Source: Phycisphaerae bacterium | Lineage (GTDB): Bacteria > Planctomycetota > Phycisphaerae > SM23-33 | Assembly: GCA_011050235.1 (NCBI GenBank) | Contig: DRGC01000021.1 | Location: 6,081 to 70,080 of the forward strand | Direction of reading: 5' to 3' | DNA: 64,000 nucleotides | Shown: positions 38,672 through 49,160 of the stretch, piece by piece | Layout: each line of letters starts with the position of its first letter | How positions within the stretch are numbered: the stretch's first letter is position 1 | Translations under genes and position numbers: made by a program | The notes under the pieces: model-generated | What the model was told of the DNA's origin: nothing | The model's input: the letters and a program-made list of their open reading frames with translations, nothing else | Databases searched by the model: none

Positions 38672-40261
38672 CTATTTCGCGATTTCGGTGCAGCGGGTCT
38701 CGCGGATGAGGGTGACCTTGATCTCGCCGGGGTATTCCATCTCATCTTCGATCCGGCGCGCGATGTCGCGAGCGATCTTGGACGATAATCGGTCGTCGAC
38801 ATTGGCGGCGTCGACGATGACGCGGACCTCTCGGCCGGCCTGGATGGCGTAGGCCTGCTGGACGCCCTCGAAGGTCGTGGCGATTTCCTCGAGCTTCTGG
38901 AGCCGTTGGATGTATCGCTCGACCGTGTCGCGTCGCGCCCCCGGTCGCGAGGCGCTGATGGCGTCGGCGGCGGCGACGATGGGCGTGTAGATGCTCTTGG
39001 CCTCGATGTCGCCATGGTGGGCGGCGGCGGCCTCGATGACCTCGGGGCGTTCCTTGTATCGCGTGAGCAGTTCGGCGCCGATTTGCGGATGGCTGCCCTC
39101 GGCCTCGTGGTCGACGGCCTTGCCGATGTCGTGGAGCAGCCCGCAGCGCCTGGCCAGCGCGCCGTTGAGGCCGAACTCCTCGGCGATCATCTGCGAGATG
39201 AAGGCAACCTCCATCGAATGCTGCAGGACGTTTTGGCCATAGCTGGTGCGAAACTTGAGCCGCCCCAGCAACTCCACCAGCCTCGCGTGGACGCCGCGGA
39301 GCTTGGCCTCCATGAGGGTCGTTCGCCCGGCCTCGATGATCTCCTTGCGGAGGTCTTTCTCGGTCGAGGCGACAAGTTCCTCGATGCGGGTCGGGTGGAT
39401 TCGCCCGTCCTGGATCAGCCGATTTAGCGCGCGGCGGGCGACCTCGCGGCGGATGGGGTCGAAGCTGGAGACGACCACGACGCCGGGGGTGTCGTCAACG
39501 ATGACATCCACGCCGGTGGCCTTCTCGAAGGCGCGGATGTTGCGTCCTTCGCGGCCGATGACGCGTCCCTTGACGTCGTCGGAGGAGATATCCACCGTCG
39601 CGACGGTCGATTCGACGGTCTGGTCGGCGGCGTATCGCTGGAGGGCCATCACAATGACTTCACGGGCCTCGCGTTCGGCCGTCTCGCGGGCGTGTTCGAG
39701 CTTTTGCTGGATGATCTGGGCGGTTTCCCGCTCCATATCCTTATCGAGTCGCGACAGCAGCATCTCGCGGGCCTGCTCCTCGTTGAGATTGGCGATCTTC
39801 ATCAACTGCGACCGCTGCTGGGCGATCAGGTCGTTGAGTTGCCGGTCCTTGGCCGCCAAGGCGTTTTCCCGCTCCTTGAGCGCCTGCTGTGCGGCTTCGG
39901 CCATCCGCTCGCGGGCGTGGAGGGTTTCGAGCTTCTGGTCGATCAGGTCCTCGCGCTTGGCGAGGCGTTTTTCCTCGGTCCGCAGTTCGCCCCTCGCGTC
40001 GTGGGTTTCTTCGTCGAACTTTTTGCGGCGGGTGTGAAACTCGGTCTCGGCGCTGGCCTTGGCCTCGGCGACGATCTTGGCGGCCTCGGCCTCGGCGGTG
40101 GTGCGGCGCATCTTGAGTTCCCGGGTGGAACTCGACCGCCGGGCGCGTTCGATGACCTTCATCGCCACGACGGTCAGGGCCACCAGAATCAGCGCCCCAA
40201 CGAGGGTCAACACATCGCCCAGCGCGCCGTTATTCGCAGCAAGAGTCAACACGGACTCCAT
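38672..40261 (-). CDS. rny: ribonuclease Y
   Basis: N-terminal TM anchor, long coiled-coil, KH domain ([21 protein letters not shown]) and HD domain ([12 protein letters not shown]...). 529 aa. Confidence 0.9.
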   Translation of the reverse strand: MESVLTLAANNGALGDVLTLVGALILVALTVVAMKVIERARRSSSTRELKMRRTTAEAEAAKIVAEAKASAETEFHTRRKKFDEETHDARGELRTEEKRLAKREDLIDQKLETLHARERMAEAAQQALKERENALAAKDRQLNDLIAQQRSQLMKIANLNEEQAREMLLSRLDKDMERETAQIIQQKLEHARETAEREAREVIVMALQRYAADQTVESTVATVDISSDDVKGRVIGREGRNIRAFEKATGVDVIVDDTPGVVVVSSFDPIRREVARRALNRLIQDGRIHPTRIEELVASTEKDLRKEIIEAGRTTLMEAKLRGVHARLVELLGRLKFRTSYGQNVLQHSMEVAFISQMIAEEFGLNGALARRCGLLHDIGKAVDHEAEGSHPQIGAELLTRYKERPEVIEAAAAHHGDIEAKSIYTPIVAAADAISASRPGARRDTVERYIQRLQKLEEIATTFEGVQQAYAIQAGREVRVIVDAANVDDRLSSKIARDIARRIEDEMEYPGEIKVTLIRETRCTEIAK

Positions 40262-41127
40262 GGCTATATCCTTTCCATGGTGACGCGCCGAGAGGTCGGC
40301 AAGGTATGCAGGCGCCGGGCGAACACACCACCCAGCCGGTTTGCGGCTTCATTCACCCCAGCAACATAAACGCATCGATTTCCTCAGGCCCTTCGTGGGC
40401 TGTGGCGGCCGGCCTCCAGTCGGTCCGGGTCTGCCGGCCGGCCGGATGCTGAACGTTCACGTGTTGAGTATCGATTGCGTAGCATTCTACGTCGCTGTAT
40501 CTTTCCTGGCGTATGACCCGAGGGTATTCGCCAGCGGGTGAATCTCATCAACGGCCCTCGCTGCGGCGCCCTTGGAAACCCACGCTACCTCCCGAGAGGA
40601 GGCGACGCTGCAGCGCATCTGGTCATATCAAATACGTCGACCCAGTGGCCGTCACCGAAACCGTACTGCATACCTGCCCCAGGGGGCTCGGTAACTGTCA
40701 CCGCTAAACCGGTCGATCGCCGGCGATCACACAAACCGCCAGCCATCAGGCCGATTGCTTAACACGGGTATGATACTACAGGTACTCGACCGCCGTCAAG
40801 ATCAATCCGCGTATTCACACAGGCCGGTCTTGGCCCAGGGATGCCGGAGGCGGAAACTCGAGAAGTGAGCCTGCAAGTCCTTATAAACACGGCTGTTACG
40901 TGTTGGGCCTGTAAGGGGTCGTCCACCACCGGTCCGGAGCCGTCATCGGCCGGGGGAAGTGTAAGAGAAGCAGCCCACACGAATTCAGTATAATGAGGTC
41001 TACCGGACTCGGTATGATAAGCCGCCAGGTGTACCGTCGGCCGGGAAGGAACAATGATTTACGGCCATGGCGGTTGTCTTGAGATCACCAAGGCTGTGTT
41101 GGGAAATACGGCCACAGGAAACATGCC

Positions 41128-41589
41128 ATGGAAGAACGCCTTAGCTCGATCTTGTCGTCCTACGAGGGCAAGCGAGAGGAACTGATCCCCATCCTGCAGC
41201 AGATCCAGGGGGAGTTCGGCTATCTGCCCGAGCAGGCCATGCTCGAGATCGCCCGCTTTGCCCGCGTGCCCGAAAGCAGCGTCTACGCGATCGCGACGTT
41301 TTACACCCAGTTCCGCTTCACGCCGATCGGCAAGAAACACGTCATGGTCTGCCGGGGGACCGCGTGCTATGTCCGCGGCGCGTCGCGGGTCCTGGAGACG
41401 GTTGAGGAGCTTCTGGGCATCAAGGAAGGCGAGACCACCGAGGACATGGAGTACTCGCTGGAGACGGTGGCCTGCATCGGGGCGTGCGGCCTGTCGCCGT
41501 GCATCATGATCAACAAGAAGGTCGAGGCGAAAATGACACGCAAGAGGTTGACGGACGTGCTGGGCAAAGGGGAGGCGGCCGAAGCATGA
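41128..41589 (+). CDS. NuoE-like [2Fe-2S] thioredoxin-fold subunit (formate dehydrogenase gamma / HoxE / HydC-like)
   Basis: 153 aa. Cys ligands in CRGTACYVRG and ACIGACGLSPC. AGGAAA RBS. Overlaps the next gene by ATGA. Confidence 0.85.
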   Translation: MEERLSSILSSYEGKREELIPILQQIQGEFGYLPEQAMLEIARFARVPESSVYAIATFYTQFRFTPIGKKHVMVCRGTACYVRGASRVLETVEELLGIKEGETTEDMEYSLETVACIGACGLSPCIMINKKVEAKMTRKRLTDVLGKGEAAEA

Positions 41590-43466
41590 GTCTTGAAGAC
41601 ACCAGGGCCAACGCCCAACAGCAGTGGCAGGCGTTGCAGGATAGCGACAAGCCCGTGATTCTTGTGGGCACGGCTACGTGCGGCCGAGCCGCCGGGGCGC
41701 TGGAGGTCCTTGACGTGTTTCGTGACGAGCTGCCGCGGCGCGGCATCGATGCGACGATCGTGGAGGTCGGCTGTCTCGGGCTCTGCTACGTCGAGCCGCT
41801 CGTCTGCATCACCAAGCCGCCTCGGCCCGGAATCTGCTATACGAACGTCACGCCCAAAAAGGCGGTCGCCCTGATCGAAGGCTATCTCGTCAACGACGAT
41901 TGTCAGGCCGGCATGGCGCTGGGCGTCCTTGGCGATCAGGGGCTGGAGGGTATCGCCCCGTTGCTGGAAACGCCGGTCTTCAAGCATCAGGTGCGGCGCA
42001 CGCTGGCCAGGTGCGGCGTGATCGATCCGAGCAATTTCGATCACTACCTCGCCCACGACGGCTATGCCGGGCTGACGAAAGCGCTGAAGGTCGGGCCCGA
42101 GCAGGTGATCGAGGAAGTCAAGAACTCCGGCCTGCGCGGCCGGGGCGGGGCGGGCTTCCCGACGTGGCGCAAGTGGCAGCTCTGCCGCGAAGCACCGGGC
42201 GATGAGAAATACCTGGTCTGCAATGCCGACGAGGGCGATCCAGGCGCGTTCATGAACCGGTCGCTGCTGGAGGGTGACCCGCACGCGCTGTTGGAGGGGA
42301 TGTTGATCGCCGGCTACGCCATCGGCGCCGAGACGAGCTACATCTATTGCCGAGCGGAATATCCGTTGGCCCTGGAAAGGGTGCGGATGGCCATCGATCA
42401 GGCCAAGCAGCACGGCCTGCTGGGCGAGGACATCCTGGGGTCGGGATTCAACTTCCACATCAAGGTCAAGGAAGGGGCCGGGGCGTTCGTCTGCGGCGAG
42501 GAGACGGCGCTGATCGCCTCGATCGAGGGCGAGCGGGGCATGCCTCGGTCGCGGCCTCCCTTCCCGGCCGTCGCGGGGTTGTGGCAAAAGCCGACCATCA
42601 TCAACAATGTCGAGACCCTCGCCGGGGTCGCCCTGATCCTCCAGCACGGCGCCGACTGGTTCGCCGAATACGGAACCGAGCAGAGCAAGGGCACCAAGAC
42701 GTTCGCCCTGGTCGGTCAGGTCAAGAACACCGGTCTGGTCGAAGTGCCGATGGGCACCACGCTGCGAAAGATGATCTTTGATATTGGCGGCGGCGTGTTG
42801 GGCGACAAGCCCTTCAAGGCCGTCCAGACCGGCGGCCCATCGGGCGGATGCATCCCCGCGAGCCTGCTGGATACGCCGGTCGATTACGACTCGCTCGCCG
42901 CGGCCGGGTCCATCATGGGCTCGGGCGGCATGGTGGTGATGGATGAAGACACGTGCATGGTCGACTTCGCGCGTTACTTCCTCGACTTCGCCCAGAAGGA
43001 ATCGTGCGGCAAGTGCGTTCCGTGCCGGCTGGGCACGAAGCAACTGCTGGATATCCTGACGGACATCACGCAGGGCAAGGGCACGACAGAAGACATCGAC
43101 TTGCTCGTCGAACTGGGCGAGGCGATCAAGATGGGGTCGCTCTGTGGGCTGGGCCAGACCGCGCCCAACCCGGTGCTGACCACGATCCGCTATTTCCGCG
43201 ACGAGTATGAAGCGCATGTGATCGACAAGCGATGTCCATCCGGTACGTGTCGGGCGCTGACGCAGTTTGTGATCGTCCCCGAGACGTGCACGGGCTGCGG
43301 GCTGTGTCGGGCGGCCTGTCCGGTCGAGGCGATCCTGGGCGAGAAGAAGGCGACCCACGAAATCATCGACGAGCGGTGCACGCGGTGCGGCGCCTGCCGG
43401 GAGGCGTGTCCATTCGGTGCGGTGACGGTCGCTGAGGCAAAGCAAGACAAACAATTGAGCGGGTAA
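41586..43466 (+). CDS. NuoF-like NAD(H)/FMN/[4Fe-4S] subunit with an N-terminal thioredoxin-like [2Fe-2S] domain and a C-terminal 2x[4Fe-4S] ferredoxin domain (FdsB/HoxF/HydB-like beta subunit)
   Basis: Start at MSLEDTRA. NuoF core (GRGGAGFPTWRKW, SGGCIP, ESCGKCVPCRLGT). Two C-terminal CxxCxxCxxxCP motifs (CTGCGLCRAACP, CTRCGACREACP). The N-terminal domain carries Cys in ATCGRAAG / GCLGLCYVEP. Confidence 0.85.
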   Translation: MSLEDTRANAQQQWQALQDSDKPVILVGTATCGRAAGALEVLDVFRDELPRRGIDATIVEVGCLGLCYVEPLVCITKPPRPGICYTNVTPKKAVALIEGYLVNDDCQAGMALGVLGDQGLEGIAPLLETPVFKHQVRRTLARCGVIDPSNFDHYLAHDGYAGLTKALKVGPEQVIEEVKNSGLRGRGGAGFPTWRKWQLCREAPGDEKYLVCNADEGDPGAFMNRSLLEGDPHALLEGMLIAGYAIGAETSYIYCRAEYPLALERVRMAIDQAKQHGLLGEDILGSGFNFHIKVKEGAGAFVCGEETALIASIEGERGMPRSRPPFPAVAGLWQKPTIINNVETLAGVALILQHGADWFAEYGTEQSKGTKTFALVGQVKNTGLVEVPMGTTLRKMIFDIGGGVLGDKPFKAVQTGGPSGGCIPASLLDTPVDYDSLAAAGSIMGSGGMVVMDEDTCMVDFARYFLDFAQKESCGKCVPCRLGTKQLLDILTDITQGKGTTEDIDLLVELGEAIKMGSLCGLGQTAPNPVLTTIRYFRDEYEAHVIDKRCPSGTCRALTQFVIVPETCTGCGLCRAACPVEAILGEKKATHEIIDERCTRCGACREACPFGAVTVAEAKQDKQLSG

Positions 43467-43475
43467 GGCGGACCG

Positions 43476-46169
43476 ATGGTACAGGACAAGATCACACTCA
43501 CGATAGATCACACCGAGGTGGTCGCCGACAGCGGCGCGACCATTCTGGAAGCGGCTCTGGCTGGCGGCATCTATATCCCGCACCTTTGCTATCATCCGGA
43601 CCTGGAACCCGCGGGCGTCTGCCGGTTGTGCATGGTCGAGATCGAAGGGCGAGGCCTGACGATCGCCTGCCGGGCCCCCGTGGCCGAAGGGCTCGTCGTC
43701 CGCACCGAGAGTCCGGAGATTGACAAGGTGCGCCGGGTGGCGATGGAGCTGCTGATCGCCAACCACCATGTCGATTGCCTGGCCTGCGGGCAGGACGGAA
43801 ACTGCGCGATCCAGAAGACGTCCGCCTACATTGGGATCTCCGAAGAGCGCCTGGACGCCCTCCGCAAACGCGAAGCCTCCTCTCCCATCGACACGTCCAA
43901 CCCATTCTTCGACCGCGACCCCAACAAGTGCGTCCTGTGCGGCATCTGCATTCGTACATGTGTGGAGCTTCAGCGGGTCAGTGCCATCGATTTCGCTTTC
44001 CGCGGGCCGGAGACCATCGTCGGGACGTTCGCCAACAGGCCCCTCGCCGAAAGCCGATGCGAATCGTGCGGCGAGTGTGTGGTCCGGTGCCCGGTCGGGG
44101 CGCTGCTGCCCAAGAAGTTCCAGCAACCCGCGCGCGAGGTGAGAACGGTGTGCACCTATTGCGGCGTTGGGTGCGGCCTCTACCTGGGCGTTCGCGGCGA
44201 CACGGTGGTCAGCGCACGCGGCGATGACGACAGCCCGGTCAACAAGGGGAGCCTGTGCGTGAAGGGCCGGTTCGGCTTCAAATTCATCAACCATCCGGAT
44301 CGCCTGACTGCGCCGCTGATCCGCAAGGATGGCACACTCACCGAAGCCACGTGGGACGAAGCCCTGCAACTGGTCGCGGACAAACTGTCGACGTATCACG
44401 GCGACCAGTTCGCCACGCTCTCGTCGGCCAAGTGCACCAACGAGGAGAACTATCTCATCCAGAAGTTCACCCGGGCGGTGATGGGGACGAACAACATCGA
44501 TCACTGCGCCCGGCTGTGCCACGCCCCGACCGTCGCCGGCCTGGTCCAAAGCCTCGGCAGCGGCGCCATGACCAACTCGATCAACGAGGTCATGGGGGCG
44601 GCGTGCATCCTGGCGGTGGGCACCAACACGACGGCCGCCCACCCGGTCATCGGCCTGCAGATGAAAAAGGCCGTCGCCCGGGGCACGAAGCTTATTGTGG
44701 CCAACCCCAAGGAGATCGACCTCTGCCGCTTCGCCCATCTGTTCCTCCAGCACCGGCCCGGCTCGGATGTGGCGCTGCTGATGGGCATCATGCGCGTCAT
44801 TGTCGACGAAGGCCTGTTCGACAAAGCCTTCATCGATGAGCGATGCGAAAACTTCGAGGCCTTCAAGGCGTCGCTGGACGATTTCGATCCCCAGTTCGTC
44901 TCCCAAACCACCGGCGTGCCGTGGGAGAAAATCCAGCAGGCCGCCCGCCTCTACGCGACCGAGAAGCCCGCCTCGCTGTTCTACGCAATGGGCATCACCC
45001 AGCACACCCACGGCACGGATAACGTCCTGGCCACCAGCAATCTGGCGCTGCTGACGGGCAACGTCGGCAAGCCTTCCACCGGCGTCAATCCGCTGCGGGG
45101 GCAGAACAACGTCCAAGGCGCCTGCGACATGGGCGCCCTGCCCAATGTGTACCCGGGCTATCAGCGGGTCGACAACGACGAGATCCGGGCCAAGTTCGAG
45201 AAAGCCTGGGCCTGCTCCCTGCCCGCCGGCGCCGGCGTGACGCATGTCGAGATCTTCGACGACATCGAGCGCAAGACCATCAAGGCCCTCTACATCGTGG
45301 GCGAGAACCCCGCCGTCAGCGAAGCCAACTCCAGCCATGTGGTCGACGCCCTCAAGACGCTGGAGTTCCTCGTCGTCCAGGACATCTTTCTTTCCGAGAC
45401 CGCCGAGCTTGCCCACGTTGTCTTGCCGGCGGCCAGCTTCGCCGAAAAGAACGGAACCTTCACCAACACCGAGCGGCGCGTCCAGCGCGTCCGCCAGGTG
45501 ATCCAACCGGTCGGCCAGTCCAGGCCCGATTGGCGGATCACCTGCCAGATCGCCCAAGAGATGGGCAAGAGCGGGTTCGATTTCGCCAGCCCCGAGGACA
45601 TCCAGGACGAGATCAGGTCGTTAACGCCGAGCTACCAGGGCATCACCTATGACCGGATCGAGCAGGAGGGGCTGCAGTGGCCTTGCCCGTCAGCCGACCA
45701 CGGCGGAACGGCGATTCTTCACACCGAGCGATTCGCCACCAAGAGCGGCAAGGCGTCGTTCGTGCCGCTGACGTACAGGCCCTCGGCGGAAGTGCCTGAC
45801 AAGCAATACCCCTTCATTCTGACGACCGATCGCAGCATCTTTCATTTCCACACGGGTACAATGACACGGAACGTGCAGGGCATGGACGTGCTGAACGGCC
45901 AGGAGCTGCTCGACATCAATCCAGCCGATGCGCTCTCTCTGGAGATCGACAACGGCGCCACTGTTGAGGTGTCTTCGCGTCGAGGCCGGGTGTCGGTCAG
46001 GGCCCACATCACCGAGGCCTGTCTGCCCGGCGTGGTCTCGATGACGTTCCATTTTTCCGAAACGCCGACCAACGTCCTGACGAACTCAGCCCTGGACCCG
46101 GTGGCGAAGATTCCCGAGACGAAGGTCTGTGCCGTACAGATAGAGAAACCCGACAGCCCGGCTGGATAG
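43476..46169 (+). CDS. formate dehydrogenase catalytic (alpha) subunit, molybdopterin/tungstopterin oxidoreductase with N-terminal NuoG-like Fe-S domains; Cys-type (no selenocysteine)
   Basis: N-terminal 2Fe-2S (CRLCMVE) plus His-ligated and 4Fe-4S motifs (CGICIRTC, CESCGECVVRCP, CTYCGVGC). The active-site region HCARLCHAPT contains no in-frame TGA. 897 aa. Confidence 0.9.
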   Translation: MVQDKITLTIDHTEVVADSGATILEAALAGGIYIPHLCYHPDLEPAGVCRLCMVEIEGRGLTIACRAPVAEGLVVRTESPEIDKVRRVAMELLIANHHVDCLACGQDGNCAIQKTSAYIGISEERLDALRKREASSPIDTSNPFFDRDPNKCVLCGICIRTCVELQRVSAIDFAFRGPETIVGTFANRPLAESRCESCGECVVRCPVGALLPKKFQQPAREVRTVCTYCGVGCGLYLGVRGDTVVSARGDDDSPVNKGSLCVKGRFGFKFINHPDRLTAPLIRKDGTLTEATWDEALQLVADKLSTYHGDQFATLSSAKCTNEENYLIQKFTRAVMGTNNIDHCARLCHAPTVAGLVQSLGSGAMTNSINEVMGAACILAVGTNTTAAHPVIGLQMKKAVARGTKLIVANPKEIDLCRFAHLFLQHRPGSDVALLMGIMRVIVDEGLFDKAFIDERCENFEAFKASLDDFDPQFVSQTTGVPWEKIQQAARLYATEKPASLFYAMGITQHTHGTDNVLATSNLALLTGNVGKPSTGVNPLRGQNNVQGACDMGALPNVYPGYQRVDNDEIRAKFEKAWACSLPAGAGVTHVEIFDDIERKTIKALYIVGENPAVSEANSSHVVDALKTLEFLVVQDIFLSETAELAHVVLPAASFAEKNGTFTNTERRVQRVRQVIQPVGQSRPDWRITCQIAQEMGKSGFDFASPEDIQDEIRSLTPSYQGITYDRIEQEGLQWPCPSADHGGTAILHTERFATKSGKASFVPLTYRPSAEVPDKQYPFILTTDRSIFHFHTGTMTRNVQGMDVLNGQELLDINPADALSLEIDNGATVEVSSRRGRVSVRAHITEACLPGVVSMTFHFSETPTNVLTNSALDPVAKIPETKVCAVQIEKPDSPAG

Positions 46170-46191
46170 GAACGCAAAGCGCGGAGGCCAG

Positions 46192-46485
46192 ATGAGAATC
46201 AGCGTTCATGTGCAGATGGCGGCCATGGAGCAGCTTCGCCGGTTCGTCGAGGCCGAGGGGATCGGCATTGACCCGGTCACTGACCCGACCTGCGACGTGA
46301 CGATCGCCCCCGGCGACAAGGGCCAAAGCAGCGATCTGACGACGATCTACGCCGGCGGATCGATCGCGTGCGCGACGGCGTTCGAGCTGGCCGCCAAGCT
46401 TGGTATTTCCCAGACGAAGATGGGCAAGCTGCTGGACCATCTGGATGTGAAGGTCCGCCACTGTCAGTTGGGCTGCTTTGGCTGA
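46192..46485 (+). CDS. hypothetical small protein (97 aa, 4 Cys) within the formate dehydrogenase operon
   Basis: MRISVHVQMAAMEQLRRFVEAEGIGIDP...CATAFELAAKLGISQTKMGKLLDHLDVKVRHCQLGCFG. An HTH-like stretch is present. No family recognised. It sits between the FDH alpha subunit and fdhD. Confidence 0.4.
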   Translation: MRISVHVQMAAMEQLRRFVEAEGIGIDPVTDPTCDVTIAPGDKGQSSDLTTIYAGGSIACATAFELAAKLGISQTKMGKLLDHLDVKVRHCQLGCFG

Positions 46486-46508
46486 TCCGGCGGTATGAGG
46501 ACGATGCA

Positions 46509-47348
46509 ATGACGGATAATGTTGAGACAACAACCCCGCAGACAGCCGAGACGAGCTGCCGCATTGAATTGGTTCGTGTGGACGAGCGGTCGGGCGCCCC
46601 GCAGCGGATGACCGATCAGGTGGTCGTCGAGGACGTCATCACGATCATGGTCCGGGATGTCGGGAGCTTCACGTTCCTGTGCACGCCCGCCGATCTGGAA
46701 GCGTTGGCTGTCGGGTTCGCCTATTCCGAGGGGATGATCGATTCGATCGACGACATCGTCAACGTGGCGATCGGCAAGGCCGACCCCGCCACCGTCAGCA
46801 TGCAGGTGGCCGACCCGTCCGGCGTGGCGACCAAGCGGAACATGATCGTGGCCAGCTCGTGCGGCATGTGCGGGGCGCGGGGCATCGACAAGGCCCTGTC
46901 GCAGACCCCGCCGTGCGGCCGGACGCTGCAGATAACCCGCCACAGCCTGATTGCCGTCACCGAACAGTTGCAGTCGATGCAGGATGTCTTTCGCCGGACG
47001 GGCGGTTCGCACGCCAGCGGCATCTTCACCCCCGACGGGCGGATCGTCGCCTTCGCCGAAGACCTCGGCCGCCACAACTCGCTGGACAAGGCGATCGGCC
47101 AGGCGCTGCTCAACGGGCAGGATATGGCCGGCTGCGGGATGGCGCTATCGGGACGGGTGACGTTCGAGATGGTCGCCAAGGCTGCCCGCGCGCGCGTCGA
47201 GTTGATCGCGGCGGTCTCGGCGCCGTCGTCGTTCGCCATCGAGACGGCCGAGCGATGGAACATGACCCTGTGCGGATTCGTTCGGCCCGGCCGGGCGAAC
47301 GTCTACACCCACCCGGACCGCATCTTGGACCTGTTCGAGGCACTATGA
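46509..47348 (+). CDS. fdhD: formate dehydrogenase accessory sulfurtransferase FdhD
   Basis: Start at MTDNVETT. The conserved SSCGMCG motif and overall FdhD topology. The in-frame upstream extension is junk. Confidence 0.85.
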   Translation: MTDNVETTTPQTAETSCRIELVRVDERSGAPQRMTDQVVVEDVITIMVRDVGSFTFLCTPADLEALAVGFAYSEGMIDSIDDIVNVAIGKADPATVSMQVADPSGVATKRNMIVASSCGMCGARGIDKALSQTPPCGRTLQITRHSLIAVTEQLQSMQDVFRRTGGSHASGIFTPDGRIVAFAEDLGRHNSLDKAIGQALLNGQDMAGCGMALSGRVTFEMVAKAARARVELIAAVSAPSSFAIETAERWNMTLCGFVRPGRANVYTHPDRILDLFEAL

Positions 47349-48379
47349 CGCGTCGGGCGGCTATCCTTTGTTGCGTCGCGCTGGCGGCCGTTACCGTCGC
47401 CGGTTGCCGGAGCGAATCCCGCGACGCCGCCACAGACTCCGACGCTATCAGCGGCGATTTGATCCTCTTTCACGCCGGGAGCCTGACCGTGCCGCTTCAG
47501 GAGGTCTCGAAGTTGTTCATGGCCCGCTACCCGGGCGTGACGGTCAAGGCCGAGGCCGCCGGCAGCCGCCAGTGCGCCCGCAAGATCAGCGACCTCGGCC
47601 GCCCGGGCGACGTGTTCGCCTCGGCCGACTACCGCGTCGCCCAGAACCTCCTCATGCTCAAGTTCGCCCGCTTCAACATCCGCTTCGCCGCCAACGAAAT
47701 GGTCATCGCCTACACCGACCGCTCTATCGGCGGCGAATCGATCTCGACCGACAACTGGCCCGAGATCGTCCTGCGACGCGACGTCGCCTGCGGGCGCTCC
47801 GACCCCAACAGCGACCCGTGCGGCTACCGGACCTTGATGATGTTCCAACTGGCGGAGCGGCATTACGGCATCGATCACCTCGCCGACAAGCTTGCCGGGC
47901 GGCGCTGGCACATTCGGCCAAAGGAGACCGATCTGCTGGTGCTGCTGGAGATGGGCGAGATCGATTACCTGTTCATCTATCGCTCCGTAGCCGCCCAGCA
48001 CGGGCTGAAGATGGTCCTCCTGCCGGACGAGGTGAACCTGCGGTCGCCGGTGCTGGCGGAGGTCTATCGCAGCGCGGCCGTGCCCGTCACGGGCAAACGG
48101 CCGGGCGAAACCATCACGCGCGTGGGCGAGCCGATCGTGTACTCCGTCACGATCCCCACGACCGCGGAAAATCCCAAGGCCGCCGAGGCCTACATCGCGC
48201 TGCTGCTATCGCCGGCGGGGCAGGCTATCATGGCGCGTCACGGCCAGCCCAGCGTGGACGCTGTCGCCGACGAGTACGACAATCTGCCGCCGGTCCTGCA
48301 GGCCCTGTGCACGCCCGCCGGGCCCGCCGCAACGGGAACGCACGACGATGACGCGACAGTCGCTCCAGCCCAGCGGTAG
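47345..48379 (+). CDS. molybdate/tungstate ABC transporter substrate-binding lipoprotein (WtpA/ModA family)
   Basis: ATGA overlap with the fdhD stop. Lipoprotein signal (LAAVTVAGC). LILFHAGSL...AEAAGS...GDVFASAD is typical of WtpA/ModA-type oxyanion binders. The 566-aa ORF in the track is an in-frame artefact. Confidence 0.75.
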   Translation: MTRRAAILCCVALAAVTVAGCRSESRDAATDSDAISGDLILFHAGSLTVPLQEVSKLFMARYPGVTVKAEAAGSRQCARKISDLGRPGDVFASADYRVAQNLLMLKFARFNIRFAANEMVIAYTDRSIGGESISTDNWPEIVLRRDVACGRSDPNSDPCGYRTLMMFQLAERHYGIDHLADKLAGRRWHIRPKETDLLVLLEMGEIDYLFIYRSVAAQHGLKMVLLPDEVNLRSPVLAEVYRSAAVPVTGKRPGETITRVGEPIVYSVTIPTTAENPKAAEAYIALLLSPAGQAIMARHGQPSVDAVADEYDNLPPVLQALCTPAGPAATGTHDDDATVAPAQR

Positions 48380-49160
48380 CGGGACCTGGTTCGGGCTGCT
48401 CCTGGCCCTGCTTGGATCGGCCGTGCTGCTGCTGATCGTCGCGCCGCTGCTAGGGATCGTGCTGGCCACGTCGGTGTCGGACCTCTCGCGGGCGGCCGCC
48501 GACCGCGAGGTGACCGAGTCGATCAAGCTGACGCTGCTGGCGGCGCTGGCGGCGACGACGGTCTCGGCGGTCGCCGGCGTGCCGCTGGCATATCTGCTGG
48601 CCCGAAAGCGGTTCTGGGGCAAGGGACTGGTCCTGGGCATCATCGACCTGCCGATCGTGATCCCACACTCCGCCGCCGGGATCGCGCTGCTGACCGTCAT
48701 CGGGCGCCAGTCGCCGCTGGGCAAACACGTGCTGGGCGGCGGGCTGGTCGGCACGACGGCGGGGATCGCCGTGGCGATGGCGTTCGTATCGATTCCGTTC
48801 CTCGTCAATGCCGCCCGCCTGGCATTCATGGCCGTTCCCGAACGGCTGGAACGGGCTGCCCGGACGCTGGGGGCCTCGCCCGCGCGGGTGTTCCTGACCG
48901 TCTCGCTTCCGCTGGCGTGGCGCGGCGTGCTGTCGGGGATGGTGCTGATGTGGGCGCGCGGCATCAGCGAGTTCGGCGCGGTCGTGATCATCGCCTATCA
49001 CCCGATGACCACGCCGGTGATGGTGTTCCAACGGTTCAACGATCACGGCCTGCGGTACGCCGTGTCGGTGGCGGTGCTGCTGATCGCCGTCTGCGTGACG
49101 CTGTTTGTCGTGCTCCGCCTGCTCAGCGGCGCCCGCGACAGGAGGGGCGACCATGCTTGA
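48348..49160 (+). CDS. molybdate/tungstate ABC transporter permease
   Basis: Six TM helices. The EAA-loop region AARTLGASPARVFLTVSLPLA. Confidence 0.8.
   Translation: MTRQSLQPSGSGTWFGLLLALLGSAVLLLIVAPLLGIVLATSVSDLSRAAADREVTESIKLTLLAALAATTVSAVAGVPLAYLLARKRFWGKGLVLGIIDLPIVIPHSAAGIALLTVIGRQSPLGKHVLGGGLVGTTAGIAVAMAFVSIPFLVNAARLAFMAVPERLERAARTLGASPARVFLTVSLPLAWRGVLSGMVLMWARGISEFGAVVIIAYHPMTTPVMVFQRFNDHGLRYAVSVAVLLIAVCVTLFVVLRLLSGARDRRGDHA

Noticed and set aside
40890-40980. Possible SRP-RNA-like motif (GGTCCGGA ... GAAGCAGCC) in the rny/FDH intergenic region
   Set aside because: Only partial resemblance to the 4.5S helix-8 consensus, with an unexplained insertion. It cannot be folded convincingly by eye, so it is not called.
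43476-46169. Possibility of a selenocysteine (TGA) in the FDH alpha subunit
   Set aside because: The ORF is continuous through the active-site region HCARLCHAPT with Cys at the catalytic position. No in-frame TGA or SECIS-like hairpin is needed.
46679-47344. In-frame N-terminal part of the 566-aa ORF 46679..48379(+)
   Set aside because: It overlaps fdhD in another frame and is compositionally junk. The real substrate-binding protein starts at 47345 with a lipoprotein signal.
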